Notes: generated by a model not told the origin, from the sequence alone. 64,000 bases of DNA from Bacilli bacterium (GCA_017411405.1 JAFQQE010000014.1:1067-65066), one strand, 5' to 3'. Positions 35,876-46,209 are shown, counted from the stretch's first letter. Translations and numbers: made by a program.

Positions 35876-37015
35876 ATGTATAGAAAAACTTATGTTGAAA
35901 TAGATTGTGAAAAGTTAGAAAATAATATAAAAGAAATAAAAGAAAAATATAACGATTATAAGTACTATATTGGTGTAGTTAAAGCTAATGCTTATGGACA
36001 TGGCATAGAATCTGTTAAATATATGATTAAAGGTGGAATTAATTATTTAGCAGTATCTTCTTTAGAAGAAGCATTAAAGATAAGAAATATAGAAAAAGAA
36101 GTACCAATACTAATTTTAGAACCAATTAGTTATGATGGAATAAAAGTAGCAGTTGAAAACAATCTAACTATTACTATTGATAATAAAGAATATTTTGATA
36201 AACTTTTAAAAGATAAAATAAATATTAAATTTCATATAAAAGTTGATTCAGGAATGAATAGATTTGGTTTCAAAAATAGTGAAGATATAAAATATGTTTT
36301 TTTAAATAGTACAAGTTCATTATATTTAGAAGGAATTTATACTCAATTATTTAGTGGTGTAGGAGAAACTTATAAAAAAGAATTAAATAAATTTAAAACT
36401 TTAACTAACAATATAGATTTAAATAAAATTGAAATAGTTCATTTAGATCGTTCATTAACTTTAGAACAACATGATAAAAATGAATTTGAAACTGGTATAA
36501 GATTGGGAATATTAATGTATGGATTTAATAAGCAAAGATATGCTTTATCTTGGAAGAGAAAACTATTAAATAAAATATTAAATAAGAAAGATAATTTTGT
36601 TCCATCTAAATTAGAATTAAAAACTGTATTAAAATTTTTTACAGAAGTTATTGAAATTAAGGATGTATCAAAAGATGAAATAATTGGATATGGTGGAATG
36701 TATGATAATAAAGAAAATGTTCGTATTGCTATTTTACCATATGGTTTTGCTGATTTCTCATTTATTAATAAAAGTTATGTATATATAAATGGAAAGAAAT
36801 ATAATATAGTTGTTAATTATATGGATATTACGGCAGTTATTATAGATGATGATATAAAAGTTGGAGATAAAGTAGAAATATTTGGTGAAAATATTAGTAT
36901 AAGAGAGGCTAGTAGATTAGCTAATGTTAATGTATATAAACTATTAACAAGTATTACTTATAGAGTACCACGTATTTATAATTATAAAGGAAAAAAGAAA
37001 GAAGTAGAATATTAG
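35876..37015 (+). CDS. PLP-dependent amino-acid racemase, alanine-racemase fold, divergent substrate pocket
   Basis: GVVKANAYGHG (PLP Lys36), HIKVDSGMNRFG, IRLGILMYG, IIGYGG (catalytic Tyr), MD motif and RVPRIY end. Several pocket motifs deviate from Alr. Confidence 0.88.
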   Translation: MYRKTYVEIDCEKLENNIKEIKEKYNDYKYYIGVVKANAYGHGIESVKYMIKGGINYLAVSSLEEALKIRNIEKEVPILILEPISYDGIKVAVENNLTITIDNKEYFDKLLKDKINIKFHIKVDSGMNRFGFKNSEDIKYVFLNSTSSLYLEGIYTQLFSGVGETYKKELNKFKTLTNNIDLNKIEIVHLDRSLTLEQHDKNEFETGIRLGILMYGFNKQRYALSWKRKLLNKILNKKDNFVPSKLELKTVLKFFTEVIEIKDVSKDEIIGYGGMYDNKENVRIAILPYGFADFSFINKSYVYINGKKYNIVVNYMDITAVIIDDDIKVGDKVEIFGENISIREASRLANVNVYKLLTSITYRVPRIYNYKGKKKEVEY

Positions 37016-37023
37016 GTGATTTT

Positions 37024-38256
37024 ATGAAAGATTTTAGAGCATTAATTATTGGTAATGATATAAATGCATATTATTTAGCAAGATGTTATCATGAATTAAC
37101 AGGAAAAAAAGCAGATTTAATAGGCCTTATAGTGCCCGGTGTTAAACCATATGCATATACAAGATATACAAAGATATTAAACATTAAATATGTAGAAAAT
37201 TTATGGGATGAAAAAGTATTTCTGAATGCTTTAAACGAATATTATTTAGAGCATAAAAAAGAAAAAATATTATTAGTAAGTAGTAATGAAACATATGGAG
37301 AATTTATTGCTAAGAATCAAGATAAATTAAAGAAAAAATTCTATTTCAATTATCCTAGTGTAGATTTACAAAATACTCTAGTAAATAAAGAAAAATTTTA
37401 TAAAGCATATGAAAATAGTATAATAGATCTACCAAAAACAATATATTATGATTGTAATAAAGATGATAAAATAGACAAAGATATTATGTTTCCTGTAATC
37501 GTAAAACCAGCGAACGTTATATTATTTAAACATATTACATTTAAGGGTAAGAAAAAAATATATAGACTAAATTCAATGGAAGAACTTAATGAAGTAATAA
37601 ATAATTTTAAAGTTGGGGGATATAATGATACTTTAATTATTCAAGAATATATACCTGGAGACGATTCTAAATTATTTGATGCAGTAGTGTATGCTGATAA
37701 AGATAGTAAAGTAAAATTAGTGTCTTTTGCACAAATAGGATTACAAGAACATGCACCTAGTATGATAGGAAATGCTGCTGTTATAATAAATGGTTATAGT
37801 GAATATCCTGGTGTTACAGAACAAATAAATAAAATAAAAGATTTTATTGAAAGTATAAATTATCAAGGATTTGCTGAGTTCGATATGAAATACGATGAAC
37901 GAGATGGTAAATTTAAAGTAATGGAAATTAATGCAAGACAAGGTAGATGTTCATACTATATAACTCCGTGCGGATTTAATTTAATAGAAATACTTGCACG
38001 TGATTTAATATTTAATGATAGTATTGAATATCAAGTAGTAGAGAAACAACAATTAGAAGTTTTTGTACCAAAATGTATAGTAAAAAAATACATAGTCAAT
38101 GAAAAATATAAAGAAAAAGTTCTGGAACTTTGGAAAAGTAGAGTAAATCCATTAGATTATAAAAAAGATAATGGTATATTAAGAAAATTATTATTACTTA
38201 AAATAAAATTAAATTATATCAAGGCTTATAAAGAAAATATTTGGGATTGGAATTGA
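37024..38256 (+). CDS. asl: ATP-grasp D-aspartate ligase (Asl family)
   Basis: IGNDINAYYLARCYHE, FPVIVKPAN, LIIQEYIPGDD, IGNAAVII, FAEFDMKYDERDG.FKVMEINARQGRCSYY match the enterococcal/lactococcal Asl pattern. Confidence 0.82.
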   Translation: MKDFRALIIGNDINAYYLARCYHELTGKKADLIGLIVPGVKPYAYTRYTKILNIKYVENLWDEKVFLNALNEYYLEHKKEKILLVSSNETYGEFIAKNQDKLKKKFYFNYPSVDLQNTLVNKEKFYKAYENSIIDLPKTIYYDCNKDDKIDKDIMFPVIVKPANVILFKHITFKGKKKIYRLNSMEELNEVINNFKVGGYNDTLIIQEYIPGDDSKLFDAVVYADKDSKVKLVSFAQIGLQEHAPSMIGNAAVIINGYSEYPGVTEQINKIKDFIESINYQGFAEFDMKYDERDGKFKVMEINARQGRCSYYITPCGFNLIEILARDLIFNDSIEYQVVEKQQLEVFVPKCIVKKYIVNEKYKEKVLELWKSRVNPLDYKKDNGILRKLLLLKIKLNYIKAYKENIWDWN

Positions 38257-38260
38257 TAAC

Positions 38261-40096
38261 ATGTGTGGATTTTGCGGATTTGTAAGTAAAGAAAATACTA
38301 AGAATAAAAAAAAGATAATAAAAGAAATGTCAGATAGAATTATACATAGAGGTCCAGATAGTGATGGATACTATGTAGATGAAAATATTGCTATGGGATT
38401 TAGAAGATTATCTATAATCGATTTAGAAGGTGGTGATCAACCACTATATAATGAAGATAAAAATATTGTTGTAATGTTTAATGGAGAAATATATAATTTT
38501 AAAGAATTAAGAGATGTTTTAATTAATTTAGGACACAAATTTAAAACAAATAGTGATACAGAGACAATAGTTCATGGTTATGAAGAATATGGTACAAACA
38601 TATTTAATAAATTAAGAGGAATGTTTGGAATTATTATATATGATAAAAGAAACAATACATTTATTGGAGCAAGAGATTACTTTGGAATAAAACCTGTATA
38701 TTATTATAATAATGATAATTTATTTATGGTAGGATCAGAAATAAAATCATTTCTAAGTCATCCTGATTTTCAAAAAAAATTAAATAAAAAAGTATTAAGT
38801 CTTTATTTATCATATGGAACAAATCATATGGAAGAAACATTTTTTGAAAACACCTATAAATTAAAACCAGGGCATTTCTTTATATATAAAGATGGAAATT
38901 TAGAAATTAAAGAATATCATAAATTAAAATATGAGAAATGTGATGAATCTTTTGATTACTATAAAAACTTAGTTAGAGAAACTATAGAATCTTCTATAGA
39001 ATATCATCAAATAAGTGATGTTGAAGTAGGAAGTTACTTAAGTGGTGGAGTAGATTCATCATATGTAGTAAGTAAAGTTAAGCCAGATAAAACATTTACT
39101 GTTGGATTTGAAGGTAAAGGATTCTCTGAAATAGAATATGCTAAAGATCTGTCAAAACACTTTAAAATAAAACATTATTCAAAAGTAATTAGCGGCGATG
39201 AATTTTTTGAAATATTGCCTACAGTTCAATATCACTCAGATGAACCTAGCGCGAATGTTTCTACAGTTCCTCTGTATTTCTTGAGTAAATTAGCTCGCAG
39301 CAAAGTTAAAGTGGTTTTATCCGGAGAAGGTGCAGATGAAATGTTTGGAGGATACAATGAATATAATGATTCTAAATATGAAAAATTATATTTATCATTG
39401 CCTCATTTTATTAGAGCGACAGTAGCTGGCATTATAAAATATTTACCATACTTTAAAGGTAAAAATACTTTAATTAAATATGGCAAAAATTTAGATAAAA
39501 GATATTACAATAAAACAGAAATGTTTTTACCTAACGAAGTTAATGATGTATTAAATAGTAAATATCAAACTAATTTAAGTCCATTTGATTTATGCAAACC
39601 TTATCATGATGAAGTTAAAAAATCTGATGATGTATTAAGAAAAATGTATATAGATTTAAATTTCTGGTTACCAAACGATATACTTTTAAAAGCAGATAAA
39701 ATGTCTATGGCAAACAGTGTAGAATTGCGTGTACCATTCTTAGATAAAGAAGTATGGAATCTATCAAAAAAAATTCCAACAAAATATTTTGTAAAAGACG
39801 GAGAAACTAAACATATTTTTAGATGTATTGCTAAAGAAACTATTCCTGAAAGTTGGTCAAAAAGAAAGAAGTTAGGTTTCCCTGTTCCATTTGGTAATTG
39901 GATTAAAGAAGAAAAATATTATAATAAAGTAAAAGAAATATTCAATGAGGATTTTACAAAAGAGTTCTTTAAAATTGACGTAATAAATAAAATGCTAGAT
40001 GATCATTATAATGGAATCCTTGGTAATGGTAAAAAAATCTATACCATATATAGTTTCTTAATATGGTATAAAAGATTCTTTATAGAAGAAAATTAA
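38261..40096 (+). CDS. asnB: Glutamine-hydrolysing asparagine synthetase (AsnB/AsnH-type amidotransferase)
   Basis: N-terminal MCG, HRGPD, GFRRLSIID, NGEIYN, LSGGVDSS, LSGEGADEMFGGY, ELRVPFLD. Confidence 0.93.
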   Translation: MCGFCGFVSKENTKNKKKIIKEMSDRIIHRGPDSDGYYVDENIAMGFRRLSIIDLEGGDQPLYNEDKNIVVMFNGEIYNFKELRDVLINLGHKFKTNSDTETIVHGYEEYGTNIFNKLRGMFGIIIYDKRNNTFIGARDYFGIKPVYYYNNDNLFMVGSEIKSFLSHPDFQKKLNKKVLSLYLSYGTNHMEETFFENTYKLKPGHFFIYKDGNLEIKEYHKLKYEKCDESFDYYKNLVRETIESSIEYHQISDVEVGSYLSGGVDSSYVVSKVKPDKTFTVGFEGKGFSEIEYAKDLSKHFKIKHYSKVISGDEFFEILPTVQYHSDEPSANVSTVPLYFLSKLARSKVKVVLSGEGADEMFGGYNEYNDSKYEKLYLSLPHFIRATVAGIIKYLPYFKGKNTLIKYGKNLDKRYYNKTEMFLPNEVNDVLNSKYQTNLSPFDLCKPYHDEVKKSDDVLRKMYIDLNFWLPNDILLKADKMSMANSVELRVPFLDKEVWNLSKKIPTKYFVKDGETKHIFRCIAKETIPESWSKRKKLGFPVPFGNWIKEEKYYNKVKEIFNEDFTKEFFKIDVINKMLDDHYNGILGNGKKIYTIYSFLIWYKRFFIEEN

Positions 40097-40152
40097 TGTA
40101 AGATTTGTACATTAATTTTTATTTGTTATAATAACATTTAGTTGGAGAAAGT

Positions 40153-40842
40153 ATGAAAGTAAAATATTTTTATAAAGATGGTAAAATAGAAGTAATAGAT
40201 GATAATGACTTAGATAAAAATTTAATTTATGATTATCAAGATAATATACATGAAATATTTGAATTAGAAAATATAAACGAATATTTAGAAAAAGAAAAAA
40301 TACTTCAAATAAAAGTAATTAAAGATATTAATAAAAAAATAAATTCAAATAACGAAGTTATTAAAATTTGTAAAATTATATGGATATCTGTTAATATATT
40401 TATGTCAATAACTGCTCTAGTAAATATATTATATTTTATAATTTGGTTTTTATTATCTTCTATAATTTGTTATATTCCTTATATATCAAAAAAAGGAAAC
40501 AATAAAATGTTAAAAAAAGAAATAAACGCTAAAGATAAAAAAATAAAAACCATTAATATAGAATTAAAAAAGAATAACAATATATTAAAAAAATTATATG
40601 AAGATAAAAAAATTACTCAAGATAAATTAAATCATATAAAAAAGAAATTTAATTATATTTTTATAAGAGAAGAATTAGAAAAATTAAAAAAATATTTAAT
40701 GTTAGTAAATGATATAGGATATAATGAAAAAGAATATAGAAAATACTATAATAAAGATATATTAGAAGAAAAACTAAAAGAAGAATATAATAGCTACGAA
40801 ATAAAATTAATTAATAAATATTTTGAAGATAATAAACAATAA
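40153..40842 (+). CDS. Hypothetical protein with two central TM helices and coiled coils
   Basis: GGAG RBS and its own TG-n-TATAAT promoter; hydrophobic segment at about aa 74-115. Confidence 0.65.
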   Translation: MKVKYFYKDGKIEVIDDNDLDKNLIYDYQDNIHEIFELENINEYLEKEKILQIKVIKDINKKINSNNEVIKICKIIWISVNIFMSITALVNILYFIIWFLLSSIICYIPYISKKGNNKMLKKEINAKDKKIKTINIELKKNNNILKKLYEDKKITQDKLNHIKKKFNYIFIREELEKLKKYLMLVNDIGYNEKEYRKYYNKDILEEKLKEEYNSYEIKLINKYFEDNKQ

Positions 40843-40886
40843 AAGAATCTCTATTTAATAGGGATTTTTTTATAAAAAAAGTTTCT

Positions 40887-42527
40887 TTAATCAGAAACTT
40901 TAATATGTAATTTTGTTTTAAATTTATTAATCATAGATTTACCAAATATATCTTCTATTACATTTAATTTATAAGTTATAAATATATAAATTATACCTCC
41001 AATAACAGAATTAATTATAATTGTTATTATAGCGCCTAATTTACTATATATATCAAAATTTAAGAAATTGTTAAGAATTAATAAACTTATAACCATAACT
41101 AATATAGCAAACATAGATTTATAGAATATATTAATAGTATTTTTAAATTTAAGATCTTTACTTTCTTTCTTTAAGAAATGAATATTTAATGAAATACTTA
41201 ATATATATCCTAAGAAACTTGCAAATATACTACCTAAGAAACTTTCTATACCTATATATTTACATAAATACATTAAAGGAACATCTAATAAACCATTAGC
41301 TAAAAATCCTGCTATAACTGCAATATATACAGCTTTAAATTTATTCATAGATTGTAACATAGTAGAAGTAGATAAGTTTATATTAACTAATAAAGCAGTA
41401 AAGATATTAAATTGTAATATCAAACCACCATATTGATTTGTGTTATAAAATATAGTCCATATAGGAGTAGATAAAATACATATTCCAACAGTTAATGGTA
41501 AAGATGCAAAGACTATAATTTGTAACGCTTTATTAATTTTTAAATTAACATTTTTAAAATCATTTTCTACATAACTAGAAACTATATTAGGTATTAATGA
41601 CATTGTCATACCTAATACAATTGAGTTTACAATCATACTTATTTTTGGACACCAAGTAGAAATAGAAGAAGTAATGAATTCAACATCTGTTGCACTATAA
41701 CCTAAATTTTGTATAGTTCTTGAAACAAGAATCATATCTGTTGAAGAATATATATTTGTTATTAAATTTATTATTATAATAGGTATTGAATAATAGATTA
41801 TTTTCTTTATAATTTCTTTATTAGTTATTTTATCTTTTTCATATTCTTTATCTAGATTTAATTTATTTTTGTTTTTTCTTATTTTAATTAATAAATAGAT
41901 ATCAGCAGCAACCGCACCAAAGAATGCTCCTAATAAAGATATTCCAACAGCTAAAGTTAAACTTTGATTTAGTAGTTTATAAACTGTAAATGAACCAATT
42001 AATATAACTGCAATTCTAACTATTTGTTCTAATAATTGACTGACACTTGAAGGTGTCATAAATTTATGACCTTGTAAATATCCTTTAGTTACACTTAAGA
42101 ATGGAACAACTAAGATTGATGTTGCAACACACCTTATAACAAAAGTAACATCACTTATTGTATTTCCACCAGTCATATCTCCTAAAATTAAATGTGCAAA
42201 TGAACGAGCAAATATAAATAAGGCTAAGAACGATACAATAGATAAAATAGTTATTATTTTTTTTGACAATTTGTATGCTCTTGTTTTTGCTTCTATATAA
42301 CCTAATGTATCATATTCGCTAATAATTTTACTTATAGCATTAGGAATACCTGCAGATGATATACTTAAAAATATCAAATAAATATTATAAGCATAACTGT
42401 ATAAAGCGGCTCCTTGTGATCCTACTATAGAATAAAATGGAACAACATAAACCATGCCTAGTATTTTTATTAATACTATAAAAAAGGTTGCAATTAAAGT
42501 ACCTTCTATAAAACTATTTTTTTTCAT
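40887..42527 (-). CDS. MOP-superfamily flippase (YtgP/SpoVB/MurJ-like)
   Basis: SFIEGTLIAT..KILGMVYVVPF, YSYAYNIY...SAGIPNAISK, KGYLQGH, SQLLEQIVRI; about 14 TM helices. Confidence 0.86.
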   Translation of the reverse strand: MKKNSFIEGTLIATFFIVLIKILGMVYVVPFYSIVGSQGAALYSYAYNIYLIFLSISSAGIPNAISKIISEYDTLGYIEAKTRAYKLSKKIITILSIVSFLALFIFARSFAHLILGDMTGGNTISDVTFVIRCVATSILVVPFLSVTKGYLQGHKFMTPSSVSQLLEQIVRIAVILIGSFTVYKLLNQSLTLAVGISLLGAFFGAVAADIYLLIKIRKNKNKLNLDKEYEKDKITNKEIIKKIIYYSIPIIIINLITNIYSSTDMILVSRTIQNLGYSATDVEFITSSISTWCPKISMIVNSIVLGMTMSLIPNIVSSYVENDFKNVNLKINKALQIIVFASLPLTVGICILSTPIWTIFYNTNQYGGLILQFNIFTALLVNINLSTSTMLQSMNKFKAVYIAVIAGFLANGLLDVPLMYLCKYIGIESFLGSIFASFLGYILSISLNIHFLKKESKDLKFKNTINIFYKSMFAILVMVISLLILNNFLNFDIYSKLGAIITIIINSVIGGIIYIFITYKLNVIEDIFGKSMINKFKTKLHIKVSD

Positions 42528-42654
42528 AATAACCTCCAGTTACAAAAAAATTATATAATAAATATAAATATTTTGCATTATTTTAAATAAATTTATACAT
42601 TCACTTAACAATTTTAATATTATTTTGTATAATAAGAAATATGGGAGGATAATT

Positions 42655-43212
42655 ATGGAAAAAACAATGTTAGAAAAAATATTTAAGATGAATAGATTAA
42701 TTATGATTCTTCTTATAGCTATACTTATAGTATTAACTCTTGGAGTATCAAAAATGTATACAACAGATGAAAAAGAAGTAACTAATACAAATACTAACTC
42801 AGAATATAATACTAATTATGATGTTTCTTCATTTAAAGAAATTACAGCAGATGAATTAAAGAAAACAGTTAAAAAAGGCACTCATGTACTTTATATTGGT
42901 AGAGAAACATGTGGATGGTGTGCTGCTTTCTTACCAGCATTATGGGAAGCTGAAGAAGAATACAAATATCAAACTTTATATATTGATATTGCTAAAATAA
43001 TTGATTTTGAAAAAAATGTTATTTCAGATGAAGAAGCTTATAATACTATGATTGGTTTAACTGGCGAAGGCTATGAAACTTATGTAGAAGAAAATTTCGG
43101 GGCTACACCAATGGTTTTAGTATTTAAAGATGGAAAAATAATCGCTGCTACTACTGGATATACAGAGTATAGTACATTTAAAACATTCCTAAATGATGCA
43201 GGAATTAAATAA
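42655..43212 (+). CDS. Membrane-anchored thioredoxin-fold protein (CGWC)
   Basis: N-terminal TM; YIGRETCGWC, cis-Pro motif GATPMVLVFKDG; GGGAGG RBS before ATG 42655. Confidence 0.8.
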   Translation: MEKTMLEKIFKMNRLIMILLIAILIVLTLGVSKMYTTDEKEVTNTNTNSEYNTNYDVSSFKEITADELKKTVKKGTHVLYIGRETCGWCAAFLPALWEAEEEYKYQTLYIDIAKIIDFEKNVISDEEAYNTMIGLTGEGYETYVEENFGATPMVLVFKDGKIIAATTGYTEYSTFKTFLNDAGIK

Positions 43213-43223
43213 AAGAGATATTT

Positions 43224-43679
43224 TTATATATCTTTTTTATTTATATTATTATCTAAATAAGCAATACATAAATTTATTATACTTCCTGATACTTTATAAT
43301 ATTTTATATTCTCACTAACATTATTAAGAAAAAAATCATCTAATAATCTTTTAAAATAAAAAAACAATTGATTTTTAATTATTAAAAAATATTTCCTATT
43401 CTTATCAACATAATTTATTATATCTTTTGCTAAATAATCTAACGATCTTTTTCTTAATTTGTTTAATAAATATAAAGAATATATCTCGTCTATAAGTATA
43501 TTTAATTTATAATTTATAGCATCACTTATATTATTAAAATTATTATAAAAAGTTGTCCTAGATATATTTGATAATTCTGAAACTTCTTTTATCGTTATAT
43601 TATCAATCTCTTTATTTTCTAATAACTTAAATATAGACTCGGTAATAAAAAACTTAATATCTGATTCATTTTTATACAT
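43224..43679 (-). CDS. TetR/AcrR-family regulator
   Basis: ITESIFKLLENKEIDNITIKEVSELSNISRTTFYNNF HTH. Confidence 0.85.
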   Translation of the reverse strand: MYKNESDIKFFITESIFKLLENKEIDNITIKEVSELSNISRTTFYNNFNNISDAINYKLNILIDEIYSLYLLNKLRKRSLDYLAKDIINYVDKNRKYFLIIKNQLFFYFKRLLDDFFLNNVSENIKYYKVSGSIINLCIAYLDNNINKKDI

Positions 43680-43788
43680 ATTTATCTTCCTTTGTTCATT
43701 TTAATATAATTTAATTTGTGTAATATAATTAATAGTGTTATACTTAATTCAAGATTTTATTTTAATAAAAAAAATGGGAGATGACAAT

Positions 43789-46209
43789 ATGTTAGAATTA
43801 AAAAATATAAAAAAAGTATATAAGACAGGCAATTTTATACAAAATGCATTAGATGATATAAGTATTAATTTTAGAGCAAATGAATTTGTATCTATATTAG
43901 GACCAAGTGGAAGTGGTAAAACAACACTATTAAATATTATAGGTGGATTAGATCAATATACCGAAGGAGATTTAAAAATATGTGATGTAAGTACAAAAAA
44001 ATATAAAGACAAAGATTGGGATACTTATAGAAATCATAAAGTAGGATTTATTTTTCAAAGTTATAATTTAATTAATCATCAAACAATTTTATCTAATGTT
44101 GAACTTGCATTAACTTTAAGTGGAGTAAAGAAAAGTGTAAGAAGAAAAAAAGCATTAGAAGCCTTAGATAAAGTAGGCTTAAAAGAACATATAAATAAAA
44201 AACCAAATCAACTATCAGGTGGACAAATGCAAAGAGTTGCAATTGCTAGAGCTTTAGTAAATGATCCTAAAATAATTTTAGCTGATGAACCTACAGGTGC
44301 ATTAGATACAAAAACTAGCGAGCAAATCATGACGTTATTAAAAGAAATATCACATGATAAACTAGTGATTATGGTAACTCATAATCCAGAACTTGCAAGT
44401 AGTTATTCAACAAGAATAGTTAGTGTTAAAGATGGTAAAATCTTAAATGATACAGACCCTTATGATGGGAATGATAATAATGATAATAATTCTAAAGAAA
44501 AAAAGACAAGTATGTCATTTTTGACAGCGCTAAGTTTATCATTTAATAATTTATTAACTAAAAAAGGTAGAACAATTTTAACAGCATTTGCTGGTTCAAT
44601 TGGAATAATAGGAATATCATTAATTTTATCTTTATCAAACGGAGTACAAAATTATATAGATAAAGTTCAAGCAGATACTCTTACAAGCTATCCTCTAACA
44701 ATTGAAAAAGAGAGCGTTGATTTTGGAAGTATGATTAGTATAATGGCAGAAAACAATAAAAATAAAGAACACGATAAAGAAGCTATATATTCAAATGATA
44801 TAATGAATGATATTATAAGTACTATGAGTAGTGAAATTAGAACAAATAATTTAAAAGATTTTAAAAAATTCATAAATGAAAAAAAAGATATAAAAAAGTA
44901 TTCTAACGATATTAAATATTCATATGACTTAGACTTACAAATATATAGTAAAGATACAAGCAATGGGATCTTAAAATTAAATCCTAGTAATATTATGAAT
45001 ATATTAGGTATGGGCATAGAAAATAATAATATGGCTATGAATGCTGATATATTTAAAGAATTAACAAATAATGAAACTTTATTAAAAAGTCAATATGATA
45101 TATTAAGTGGGCGATTACCAAAAGAGTATAATGAAGTTATGTTAATTGTTGATGAAAATAATGAAATAAGTGATTATGCTTTATATAGTTTGGGTATAAA
45201 AGAACAAAAAGAATTAATAGATATGATGCAATCTATTAGTAAAGGAGAAAAGATTGAATCGCATGAACAAGTAAAATATAGTTATAAAGACTTATTAAAT
45301 ACAGAATTCAAAGTTGTTTTAAATAGTGATATTTATAAAAAAGAAAATGATAAATGGATAGATTATAGTAATGATATAAATTATATGAAAAAAGTAATCG
45401 AAGAATCACTAAGTTTAAAAATAGTTGGTATCATGAAACCAAGCGATTCATCTACTGTTGAAACAAGTGGTGGCATAGGTTATAAAAGTGAATTAACAGA
45501 ATATGTTATTAATGAAATAAATAATAGTAAAATAGTTAAAGAACAAAAAGTAAATAAAAATATAAATGTGTTTACTGGTAGTGAATTTGCTATAGGAGAA
45601 TCATTAGAAAATAATTATAAATCAATGGGAGTGGTTGATTTAGAAGATCCTAAAAGTATAAATATATATCCTAAAGATTTTGAATCAAAAGATATAATAG
45701 AAAATATTATAAGTGAATATAATGATTCTAAAAATGATGAAGATAAAATAGAATATACAGATTATGTAGGAATTCTAATGAGCAGTGTTACTACAATAGT
45801 AAATATTATTAGCTATGTACTTATTGCATTTGTAAGTATTTCATTGATAGTATCGAGTATAATGATTGGAATAATCACTTACATTTCTGTATTAGAAAGA
45901 ACAAAAGAAATTGGAATATTAAGAGCAATTGGGGCTAGTAAAAAAGACATTAAACGAGTATTTAATGCAGAAACATTTATAGTTGGTTTAATATCAGGTT
46001 TAATAGGTGTTATAATTACAACTTTATTAAATATACCTATTAACAAAATAATTTATAATTTATCAGGAGTTAACGTTGGTGTAAAACTTCCTATAATTGC
46101 GGCAATTATATTAGTTTTAATCAGTTTGACTTTAACAATAATATCTGGTTTAATACCATCAAGATTTGCTGCAAAAAAAGACCCAGTAATAGCATTAAGA
46201 ACTGAATAA
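43789..46209 (+). CDS. MacB-like ABC ATPase-permease fusion (FtsX domain)
   Basis: GPSGSGKTT, LSGGQMQRVAIAR, LADEPTGALD, VTH; TM1, large extracellular domain, ERTKEIGILRAIGA, DPVIALRTE. Confidence 0.9.
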   Translation: MLELKNIKKVYKTGNFIQNALDDISINFRANEFVSILGPSGSGKTTLLNIIGGLDQYTEGDLKICDVSTKKYKDKDWDTYRNHKVGFIFQSYNLINHQTILSNVELALTLSGVKKSVRRKKALEALDKVGLKEHINKKPNQLSGGQMQRVAIARALVNDPKIILADEPTGALDTKTSEQIMTLLKEISHDKLVIMVTHNPELASSYSTRIVSVKDGKILNDTDPYDGNDNNDNNSKEKKTSMSFLTALSLSFNNLLTKKGRTILTAFAGSIGIIGISLILSLSNGVQNYIDKVQADTLTSYPLTIEKESVDFGSMISIMAENNKNKEHDKEAIYSNDIMNDIISTMSSEIRTNNLKDFKKFINEKKDIKKYSNDIKYSYDLDLQIYSKDTSNGILKLNPSNIMNILGMGIENNNMAMNADIFKELTNNETLLKSQYDILSGRLPKEYNEVMLIVDENNEISDYALYSLGIKEQKELIDMMQSISKGEKIESHEQVKYSYKDLLNTEFKVVLNSDIYKKENDKWIDYSNDINYMKKVIEESLSLKIVGIMKPSDSSTVETSGGIGYKSELTEYVINEINNSKIVKEQKVNKNINVFTGSEFAIGESLENNYKSMGVVDLEDPKSINIYPKDFESKDIIENIISEYNDSKNDEDKIEYTDYVGILMSSVTTIVNIISYVLIAFVSISLIVSSIMIGIITYISVLERTKEIGILRAIGASKKDIKRVFNAETFIVGLISGLIGVIITTLLNIPINKIIYNLSGVNVGVKLPIIAAIILVLISLTLTIISGLIPSRFAAKKDPVIALRTE

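Noticed and set aside
34822-37015. Vancomycin-resistance (van) cluster suggested by VanY-like peptidase plus VanT-like racemase
   Set aside because: No D-Ala-D-Lac/Ser ligase, vanH/X or vanRS; the racemase lacks the VanT membrane domain; the ATP-grasp enzyme is Asl-type.
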